DNA of 64,000 nucleotides from Chlorokybus atmophyticus (taxonomy: Eukaryota; Plantae; Mesostigma and Chlorokybus algae): contig RHPI01002503.1 of assembly GCA_009103225.1 (NCBI GenBank), positions 118,391 through 182,390 on the forward strand, written 5' to 3'. Shown in pieces: positions 36,133 to 46,943 of this stretch (its first letter is position 1; each line of letters begins with the position of its first letter). The translations under genes and the position numbers were made by a program. The notes beneath the pieces were generated by a model. That model did no database searches. It worked only from the letters and a program-made list of their open reading frames with translations, and was not told where the DNA came from.

Positions 36133-38636
36133 TCACGTCATTTTACATTTGTGGTACTTTGAAGGCGGCCAGAAGGCTTCTTGCAAATTTTTCCACAAGC
36201 CTTTGTCGTATACATGCTCAAAAGGACCCAACAGCTCCTCCATGCTGATAGCGACTCCAGCCTTAATTGCACGCTGCTGAGCCGCATACGCATCTTTATA
36301 ATCCTTTTGTTTGAAGCTCTGCAGCACACCATTGGTGATGCGAACGTTCACATAACCAACAAACACTGTGTGGGCAATGCACACCTCACTGGTTGTGACA
36401 TTGCGGGCCACGAGCCACATCTGCTGCGCGGTGAAAGCAAACACGACGAGAGCGGCCATGCCGCAGAAGAGCGCCAGCAGCGCTGGAGTGGAGTAGTAGT
36501 GCAGGAACCACTACATATTAGGAAGACATTATCACTACTTAGAGAAGAAGGAGTTGCAGACTGCACATCACACGAACAAGGGCGACAACGTTACCAATAC
36601 CTGGATAATAAAGCCGTACGAATCTGCGACTGCGATGTGCTGACCGTCCTCATCAGCTGCAAAGCAACAATACTGTTACATATTTGCTTATACGATTGGT
36701 TGGTAAAACCAAGCCACCAATGAAAGCTAGCAGTTGAATCCCATAGGCTCTGGTTGTATGCGCTCAAGACTGCTGCTCTTACCATACACGGCATCCAACA
36801 ACCCGCGATGCTTGGCGGCACCCGCCAGCGCAGCGGCCATCAAATAGGCGCCGTACATGCACACCATCTGTATGCTGGCAAGCAAAAGCATTCAGCATTA
36901 CCGTGTCTGTTGAAACAAGATTTTTGCTTCACAGGTTTTCAAGCGCCACTTACGTGAAAAGGAACAGCAGGAAATAGCGCATGTTGTTTTCACCAACGCA
37001 GTTGTTCTGCGCGGAGTAACCACACAATTCTGTCGTCAGCATGCGTGCATCCAACAACCGGTCACTCAGCTGTGCAAGCCTGCAACTGATATGACCACAT
37101 CATGTGCCAGCTACACCACAGTTCACATCTGTTGATATTACATAAAACAGGTGACCACAATGCATGCCGACTGCACCAAAATCACAAATTACAACTGATT
37201 TGCATACAACAAGTACATGTTACAGGATGCTTTGATTGATTAGGCTCAGCGTACTACGAATGTACTAGATGGTAAAGTCAATGAACGGAGTAAGCGGCAA
37301 TTTAAGCAACAACTTAACAATGTGAGGCCTACCAGCCAGGCGCAGTGATGATCAAGGCGCGACACGCAGCGATTGCATATGCGGCAGTGCTTTGAACGTG
37401 CAGGCCTGCAGACTAACCCAACATCAGAGACCCTCAGCACAATGCATTACTGTTCACTGCCAGCCATCCGACAGCGCTAACCTGGTTATCAAGCACGTGG
37501 AGCACACCTTCGCAGTGTACTGGAACTCGTCATACGGGTACATCGCGGCGTACACGCGCACATTTGTGTGCGTGATTGTTCCGGCATCGCCCCAGCATGC
37601 CAGGAAGAATAACACTAAGCAGACTGTCACGAGCAGCGGAGCAGTGTACCTGTGATTGGCCTTGTGACGCATACATCTATGAACATGGACACAAGCACCA
37701 ACAAATATGCATCCACACAGACACACATCTGCCTGTCAACGCAGACAAACGCACTCACACATGTGCACGTAGGTGTTTAGTGCACGTATACATCCAGCTT
37801 TGCCCATAACTACTGGCAAGCAGAGTTTTGATATTTGCAGTCCTTGCCTGTGCACGGCCGACAGGTATGGCCCTGGAATCAAAGGGTAAACGGTTGTGGA
37901 GAACGTCATGTACCCTCCCAACATAAGCAAAAGGAAGAACAGCTGCACCGCATTTGTCACAAGTGTACGTGATCAGCATGTATGACAACAACGAAAGAAC
38001 ACCCATGAGTTTCAACCAGGCGTGCGTGTATACAAGCACGCATGCCAAATACAAGCCCCTTGCTTGCAAAAGCGGGTTGGGACGTCCGCAGCAGAGGTCC
38101 TCCGTATGCTCAAGGCACCGATCGCCGGCCTTCCCAAACACCACAGCAATGCACCGCCTGCACACCACGCAATTGGTTGTTCATCTGACCATGCAACCAA
38201 CAGCCTTCAGTACTGACAGTGCAAACAACTATCAATGAACCACATGCACTGCAAGCTTCGTAACTGACGACACAACTATCCACCACAACCAATGGTCGTG
38301 GTTCCCCAACCATGCATTAACCATTCATACGCACACATATAGCTAAGCTGGACAGCAAAAAGCGCACAGGCAGTGTCAGCCTGCCAAGATACCAAAGCAA
38401 ACGCCAAGGCCACGGAAGTGGCATGGTGCAAGTGGGCAATGAGCAGCCATCCTGCGCGTGTGCGATATGCACTAGGAGGAGTTCTAGGCGTACTGTGCGT
38501 GGAGGCAGCCGCCGCCGGTGATGAAGGCGTGGACGCGGGGCAGGGGCGTGCGTCGGAATGCCTCCGCCTGGCCGAACAGCAGCACGAACAGCAGCGCCGC
38601 GAACAGCAGAATCACGGACACCGCCGCCCACGCCAT
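36133..38636 (-). CDS. DHHC protein S-acyltransferase (SWF1/ZDHHC4/PAT17-like)
   Basis: N-terminal TM segment [12 protein letters not shown]...RTPLPRVH, then [61 protein letters not shown] (TTxE) and YDKGLWKNL. Confidence 0.93.
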
Positions 38637-39496
38637 GGCTCGTCCCAAGCAATGCGTTGTTCGAGGCGGACAGCAGTTGAACCGTCCGTAGTAGTGGCCA
38701 AGGCAACCTGTGAGTGACTGCCAACATGTGCCCGGTGCAGTTGCTGCACGAGAAGGTTTAACTTCTCTTGGTTGAGTTCTCTCAACACAGGCTGCTTGTA
38801 CACAGAGTTTAGGAGAGTAAGTGCACGCAGCGTTTCACCGACGTGCATGTGCCAGCATTGAACCACAGCATGAAAGCCACATCCGCCAATAGTTGGGTAT
38901 GAGTATAACCACTGCACAAGTAGTTCTGATAGACAAATGTAACTTCAAGTCAACAGGAAGATTTTGTTGGGGCAAGCACGATGAGCATACCTAGTGGTAT
39001 TTGCAATTGCAACACCAACAAGTACTCCGCAGGACAGCGCCACTCAAACCACCTCTCCTGTATGTACAGCAAGGCTGCGATCTACCAGCATGCAAAGGGC
39101 ACCTACAGCTTCACACACACACACACACACAAGCACTAAGCAGCAAGCGCAGCAGGCTAGCACAGACCGGTGGGGTAACGGATTAGGGAATCAAAACCAC
39201 CTGCATAATAAAACTACAACCGGCTAGGTGCGATGCAAGTTGTATGCCCACAATATCTAGACAACTGTTGACCAACGCCTCGGTTTGCACAAGTGTTGCC
39301 CTTGTAAGCTTGGCAGCACCTTACTTTGTCCAAAGTTGCAATGGTTGCTTGAAAGAATACCAATGCAACCGCGCTGCAGTCGCATGCACTACCACTCCAG
39401 GCATGTGAACTACTACTACAGGCCATACTCTATACGGCGTTGTCGGCCGCTAAGTCATATTTCACAACACACACACCCCTATCCAGCTATGCTACG

Positions 39497-40287
39497 CTAC
39501 GCCATAAACTTCAGGCAGCGCGTGTCAGTGTGTATCGTGTTGCAGCGTCTGCAGCAGAAGCGGGACCCGCAGCGCGTGCACGTGTAGGGGGCAGTGTATC
39601 CGCATACCGCGCAGAAGTGGCGTCGCACCCGCGAGCGAGGTGGCCCGACTGCTGCTGTCAAGTACGTTGGCACGTCTGGTGGTTGCTCATCCAAATTTGA
39701 CTGCACACAGCACATAGTAGTCACCAGCTGTGACGCAACAGCATAACTTGAGATGATCAGCTCATGATGCTTGGTGTGCATGCATGCATGCACGCACACT
39801 ACCAAAGCCACGAGCAGATGGGAGATGACACCACTGCTGTTTGATCAGCACACCTCTTCAAGCAAGATGGCGAAAGATGTGGGGCCGCCTCGCTTTGAAC
39901 TGGTCTGCGCCTTAACCGCCGTCCGCCGCGTCTTTCGCTTGCCTTTCTTTGGTGCATAGGCTGCGCAACAACTCAACTGAATGGTCCTGTGCAACGCGCA
40001 TGTAAGACGGCATACGCAGCAGAGCTACCCTCCAACAATACACAATCGCAGTGCAGCGACATGCCTTCATCCTCGTTCTCATCATTGAAGACATCATCGT
40101 CGTCGTCCTCAGCAACTTGCATGTCAACAGCCCCGCCATCGTTTTCAAGCGCATCTAGCCTTGCTCTCTGCGCCTGCGAGCGTGTCTCTGCATCCACCAC
40201 AGCCATCGCCGCCGCCACATGGCGCTTGCGCGTTGTTCGCCGCTCGCTTGCGGGAGCGCTTGTTGATGGCGCATTGTCAAACTCCAT
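39497..40287 (-). CDS. SWC6: SWR1 complex subunit 6 (SEF/ZNHIT1), zf-HIT
   Basis: RARLDALENDG, SFAILLEESNL, PTYLTAAVGPP, RHFCAVCGYTAPYTCTRCGSRFCCRRCNTIHTDTRCLKF. Confidence 0.95.
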
Positions 40288-41622
40288 AGCTAATTGCTGC
40301 TAGCACTGCGGCAAGCGTCGACAAAACCAAGTAGATTCAGGAGGCGCAACAAGCACGAACAGCGCTGACAGAGTGTTGACACTTGTATGCTCGCACATGA
40401 AATTCTGTGCAACATGTTGTGGACAGCAACAACCATGCAATTGCAGCGACAGAGTTGCCGACTACTACCCAATGTGCAGGCTGTACAGTGACAAGTAAAA
40501 CTAGTAGCGCTCCAGTCGTTTGACACTACGCTTGTCAAAACAGGCGCAACAAAACCGCACAACAGTCGAGTGGCTCGGACTTCTCTGATGCGCGGTGCGT
40601 ACCTTCCTTCCGACGAAACTCAGCGAGCAGTTTAGTAAAGTGTTATCCGCACCTTGTCTACCTACGACCGCCGCAGTCCCCAAACGGTCGCCGCCGCCGC
40701 CGCCGCCGCCGCCGCGACCGCGCCTAGGACAACCATATCGCCAGCGACGGGCGAAGCAACATGCTGCTGAAGACCTAGCCAGCGTATCTTGAACAAGGTA
40801 CCTATGGTTCTCGGGATACCGCATCTGCCAGACATTCGCAGCAGGTATCGCGCAGCCTCGTAACTCCGTCAAGGTATCTCGCACGCTCCGCGCGCAATTC
40901 TTTTCCGCCTTTCAATGCAAGCGATTGGTCTCCAGTAAGACCCGTCCGTTTAACTGCAAGTTTCTAATGCTCTGCATGCAGGTGCAATTCTCGACCAGAG
41001 TGAAGCAGCGCCGTTCCGTTGCGAAGTTGACTCAAAACTTTTGAGTCGAAGCGACTTGAATTTTTGCTTCTGGCAGGGAATACCCTAAGTTTACCCGTTA
41101 CCACATGTGGAAAATTCCGTTTTGTGTCCGTGGAATGTTTGTGGTTGGTCCAGCTTTTTCTGTTTCGAGGATGATCAGCTCAAAATCAGTGTGCTGTGTG
41201 CTGGGCCAGCATTGTATGTACGCTGTGGCGGTTAGCAGCAAGTAGCAGCTTTTTTGGTGCGGTGCCAGCTGTGCGGGGCGGCGGCGGGGGCCTTGACGGC
41301 GTGGTTGGTGGTGTCCTTGTATTGGGGCAGAACCTTTTTGTGGTGGCCGGCCAGCAGGAATTCCTGCCAAGGGTTTTGGCGGTTGCCTGTTACGGCGAGG
41401 GTTTTGGTGCCTCTTGCTTCTGACAGCAAGGGGATTTTGTGAAGGGGCGTAAGCCCACCGTAGCCGTAGTTTTTGCGTGCGCAGTGGTTGTGTGCGCTTT
41501 TCTCTGCGCTGAAAAGACTTTTGTTGCTTAAAAGCTGCTAAGCTTCCTTCCTACCTGCCGCTGTGGCTCTGCGTCATTCTTAGCGGTGGCGCCCGCTGCG
41601 GCGCCTTGGAGGTCCCGGGGAC

Positions 41623-44321
41623 ATGGACGGGGCGGGAGGCGGGGCGCAGAACACCCCACGCACAGTTGAGCAGGTCTACGAAGATTTCTCACAGCGGCGG
41701 TCCGGCGTCCTTAAAGCGCTAAGCAGCGGTGAGCGACCCCTGCTGTGCGACCTGGCCGTTCTAAGCCGTGCAGCCGTGTGTATTTCTATGGCATGTTGAG
41801 TCAGCACCTTCTTGCCTTGCGTGCAGTTGCATGGGGGCAACAAATTTACGTCTCCCTGTCCGCATGCGACCTCAGCATGTTGACATTTCTTCTGGCGGCT
41901 CTCTCTCGTTATAGCTGGCAAGCTCACTCAAAAGCCTGCCCCCNNNNNNNNNNNNNNNNNNNNNNNNNNNNNNNNNNNNNNNNNNNNNNNNNNNNNNNNN
42001 NNNNNNNNNNNNNNNNNNNNNNNNNNNCCCCCCCCCCCCCCCCCCCCCCCAAAAAAAAAGTTAATGCATTGACTGGACACCGGCGGAGTTTGAGCAATGC
42101 GTCCTTGAGTGTTTGCATGTCTTGCGGCTATGACGTAGCTCAATAGATGCAGACCGTCTTGTCCGTCATGCATGCACGTCTCGTGTCATGCAATTCATAT
42201 CTGAGCGTGTCAGACATCGCTTGGGCGCAGAAATGTTTCTTGCATGGCACAGTGACCTTGTCCAAGAGCTTGTCCTGCACACTGTGTTTTATGTTTATTC
42301 AGAGATCGGTACGACAATACGACATGTTGACGCTAGTATTATGTCCTGAGGTGAAAGGGTTGTCACGCACTTCTTTGTTATGTGAACAGAGGTTGAGAAC
42401 TTTTACACGCAATGCGACCCTGAAAAGGAAAACCTATGCTTGTATGGTTACCCGGACGGCACTTGGGAGGTGGCGCTACCGGCGGAAGAAGTGCCTCCAG
42501 AGTTGCCCGAACCTGCCCTCGGTATCAACTTTGCCCGAGATGGCATGCAACGGAAGGATTGGCTATCGCTCGTCGCAGTGCATTCAGACGCATGGCTGCT
42601 GGCTGTTTCCTTCTACTACGGTGCAAGATTTGACAAGAATGAGAGGTACGTTGCTTGGTGTTGTTATGAGTCTGTGCAAAGTTGTACTTGTACGCATAGT
42701 AGCTTTTGCACGATTGGCGGGTGCAGGGAGGGTTGCACCATTTCAACGCGCAGTCGCAAGGCATCCTTCATCCATGGTTTGTTGATACACCTGTTTTGGT
42801 GAAGTGAAGTGTTTTGTGTGGCGAGTACATATTTTATGTTATCAGCAGTGGTTACGCCAGCGTACTTCCAAACTGTCTTGCATCCTCTTGCTGTTGTTAA
42901 GAGTTTCCATGCCTTTTAGGTAGCAAATGCTGTAGAGCGCAGGCTTGCCGCAGACCTGACGCCCTCGTGCATGGGAGAAAAGGAGGGGGGGGGGGGAGGT
43001 CATTTCTCTCTCATTGTTTAAAAGGAAACCTGGGACAGGCTAGCTTGTGCAAAAACAGTATTTGTAGTAGTTGTAGTAGTTGCTGGGGTTCATAAGATGC
43101 GCAACAGCTTGCACACGCCAATTTACTGTCCTTGTAGTTGCTGTCAGGCTTGCTGAACAACGTGCTTGCTGGGTAGGAAATGTGCATATTGAATTTCTGC
43201 TGTCCCCTGGGGATATATCTAAGTGTTTGCTGTGCATGAAGTCTTGTTCAACAGCATAGTTGGACTGCAGGAAACGTTTGTTCACCATGGTCAACGAGTT
43301 GCCCACAGTCTATGACATGGTGACTGGGAGGGCCAAGGCTGCTTCAAGTAAGAACTCCAACGACAACAAGCGAAAGCAGTCAACAAAGCCAGCACCTCCG
43401 GTGAGTGCAACATGTGATGACCAGTGTGGGTATCTGCTAGCACTGCTTAGGGTGACGCGTTTCATGGGACTTGCGCTCGTGGTGGGAGAGGCAAGAGGGG
43501 AAGGGTGTGGAGAGGGTGGTGCGGTTGGTGCAGTTGAGATGTAAGTTGTTCAGCACTGGTGTATGTGGATGTCATGGCCCTATTGTCTGGTTGTCTCAAG
43601 TGCGATAGCAGGAGCATGTACAGTCACTTCACGCGTGGAGGCTCTATAATGGATTATTGTTGCAGCTGCTGGGGGCCCAGAAGCTGCAATAATAATCCTT
43701 CACAGGGTGGTGATTGTCACATTACTTTTGGTTATGTTTATGTTTATATGTCTTTCGTAGTCAGTGGTAGTTGGTCATTAGTCATGGCGACGCCATTGTC
43801 ATCAGGCACAAGCGGTCAAGCACCACTAGGTCGTCACATCTTACAAGTATCAAGTTAGGTGAGTGTGTGCTGTTGTGCATGTCCTATATTGAGTTTCGGC
43901 CACTCGCTGCAATGTTCTATAAGGACGCATGCCATTGGTCGTCAGGTTGTCAGCATTATTGTGCTATCAAGTTCATCATTCTCATTTGCAATGACTGTGC
44001 ACTGTTTTGATTTGACAACATGATTAACATGTCTGTGCTCCTTCTTTGCAGCCCAAGCCGGCGGCTGCACCTGCTGCAGCAAGTGCACCGCCCTCCAAGC
44101 CCAACTACAGTGCAGATGACGGTGATTCATACGATGAGGAGGACGACGAGCAAGCGCTCTGCGGGATCTGCCAAGGCCCGTACGGTGCGAACGAGTTTTG
44201 GATTGCTTGCGACTCGTGCGAAACATGGTACCACGGCAAGTGCGTCAAGGTCACTCCGGCGCGAGCAGAGCATATGAAAAACTACAAGTGCCCACAATGT
44301 GCGAAACGAGCCCGCCCTTAG
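41623..44321 (+). CDS. Alfin-like PHD-finger protein (PAL/DUF3594 + PHD; H3K4me3 reader)
   Basis: [78 protein letters not shown] finger: [47 protein letters not shown]. Confidence 0.97.
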
Positions 44322-45315
44322 GTGTGCAGACATTGTTTGTAGGGGCATCAAACGGAGTTTTCACAGGAGGCCGTGGCTAGAGTCTTCCATTCAGATAAGG
44401 TCGGTGCGAGTGCAGTTGACAGATGTTTATATGAAGCAGTGGCTGTATTCGCTTCGCGGTGATTATGAAGGCAGTTGTAGTACATTGGCAGGGTGTAGAC
44501 TGCGAGAGGTGCGCTGCACTGTCAGTCCACGCATTCAGATTGACTGACGACAGCAGGCTTGTACATCCGCAGCAGCTTGCTCTGCCTCTGTGCCTGGCAT
44601 CCACCCTATCTTCCATTGTGCCACGGCGAAAGTGCAACGTTCAACAGCTGCTGTTGCTGACCAAGGCTTCAGCCATTTTGGTCAAGTGGAAGTGTGCTAA
44701 AGTTGCTGTAGTGAGCAATGCGAAACATGCTGGTTTTCTATACCCTGTGCTGCCCATGCAGCACGCGTGCGGTCTGATGGAAAATGAATGCAGTTGTCCT
44801 CTGGCTGAACCCTCAGTTGTCATCAACTTATTAAATATTGCTGGATGGAAATGAGTCACACAGTGCGAATGTAGGCAGGGCACTGGTGCTTATTGGCTGG
44901 CCAGGCAGCTGCACTTGCAGGCTTGCTGAGCCCTTAGCAAAGCTTCCAGCAGCATTTGCCTCTGCTTGTTTCGACTATAGCAACTCTTACTGTAGTGTGT
45001 CGGATGTTGTGCAAAAACTTGACTATGAAATGAAAAATAGTTCCGGTTTCACACTGACGTTAGAGTCAATAATAGTAGTTGAGTAGAGTGTAAACGTGTT
45101 GATGGTGAGTGTAAGTGGCTGACTGTATGCTAGTCACTCCTTGCATGTCGAATGCATGCGCATACGCACGCCGCATTGCATGCACGAATATAAAGCGTAA
45201 ATGCAATGTGCAATGCAATGTGCCGCACACCAAGCCCACGTTAACTCACAACACAAGAAGACAAACAATTTACAGGGGCCCAAAGCAGCGCTACACCAAT
45301 ATGACACTAGACTGA

Positions 45316-46428
45316 TCAGTAGAACGACCAGCAGGGCACGGCAAGGCAAAGTAGGGCAAGGTAGATAGTGATCACCACCTGCGCAGCAGCAGCGTAGGTG
45401 TGAGGAGCTGGCTGGGCAAGAGAAGTCGACGACGACGACTGACTGGGCCGCGCCGCCAAAAGTTCGCCCTTGCTGACTTTACCTTGCGCGACACTCAAGA
45501 ATGGCTGCAGGGCATGCAGTTAGTACGTTAGAGCCGTTAGTGCAGCCATTAATATACAAGTCAGCCAAGTCACGGTCTAGCCAGTTATGCACCAGCATGA
45601 CCAGCTCAAGCACACCAGCATGCATAGAGTGGACAATGGCTTGAATGCGGGCAGGAATCCTGCTCCCGCCAAAGGCTTACCTTGCACTCACCTGTACTTA
45701 CCTGTTGCTCGTGGTTTGCGTGTTCATCCCTCTCTTCACCAAGTGGAATAGATGGTGGTATGTTTCATTAAACACCACTCCATGTTGCCTCGCACACCTT
45801 CTGCACAACACTGACAGTAGCGAAATATACGTGGAAGCCCACCACCAGCGTTGTGCAGGGTATATGGTATTAAGATTGAGATTAGGCAAACCAAAAGAAC
45901 ATACTGTGCTTGATACGGGTAAAAGTCACTGCATGTGCTTAATTAACAGGGTGGGGTAGCTTGTAGTGGATAGCTGTAAGTAGTTGGCTGTGCCCGGTGG
46001 TGTTGGTTGGCAAATGAAGGTATGTGTTGGAAGAATGGCGTGTGCTTCTAGTCAGCAAGTGACATTGTGCATGTTTAATGAATGCAAGCCATTTATTGCA
46101 TGCCTAGAATAGTTTCTCAGATTTATGTACACTCATGTTACACGGGCATAGCTCGGTTCGGGTCAACTGCGCAACTACACAAGCACACCGATTCATCCAC
46201 ACAAGATCATCATAAGTCAGTGTAAACAAACAGCAGCAACAACACGCGGCAAAGCACTTAAACCAAGCTACCAACCAACCAAGAGTTAGAACTAGGGGGA
46301 TGGCTTTCTAGGTGCTGACAGCACCGTGCTGTGTAGCGTTGTTGTGCACTCCGCCCCCACTAGCATAGCTGCACCGCTGGTAGATCTCCAAGGCGGAGCT
46401 GAAGTAGCTGCAATTCTTCCGCGACCAT
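45316..46428 (-). other. Putative small spliced transcript (micro-ORF or lncRNA) divergent from VIPAS39
   Basis: A good-context ATG (GCCTCCGCCAAGATGG, 46428) starts MVAEELQLLQLRLGDLPA. There is a candidate donor at 46374, a candidate acceptor at 45801, three tandem consensus donors (45701, 45691, 45680) and an acceptor near 45507. No long ORF exists in any frame. Confidence 0.35.
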
Positions 46429-46943
46429 CTTGGCGGAGGCGGCGGACGGAGCTGTTTTGCTTCTGCCGACCAGCTTCGTAATCGAGCCGCTGCGAGCTGT
46501 AGGGATGACACGCAGTGTTTGAGAAAAATTCAAGCGCGTGCGTGCCTCGGGCGGCAGCATTAACACAGTGAGCCGCAATTTTGGTCACCATCTTGCTGCT
46601 TTTGTTCCATGCGGCGCATCGTCATTGCCGTGCTATTGTACAACCAGTCGTGGGCTGCATGCGCCTCGTGTTTCTCGGCACAGCGTGTCACGCAGTAGCC
46701 AGGCAGTCGTTGTGATTGTTACAGGCAGTCGCTGCGAGCACTACATTGCGCGAACCTTGCTGTTCCTTTTGTGCAGGTCACGGTGCTGTAGCAATTGTTC
46801 GTTGGTTGGTAGCGGACAGGCTAATTGCAACATGAGCTCGCTGTGGTCACACAGCATTTTGCCGGTGAAGGCAACGACCTCACTATGAAGTAGGCCGGGG
46901 AAACGCAATAGCTGGTGCCTTGCTGGTTTACAGCCTGGCAAAC

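Noticed and set aside
41098-41442. Small ORFs between SWC6 and the Alfin-like gene (e.g. RQNPWQEFLL...)
   Set aside because: There is no convincing ATG or splice framework. The G/T-rich plus strand looks like leader or intron sequence.
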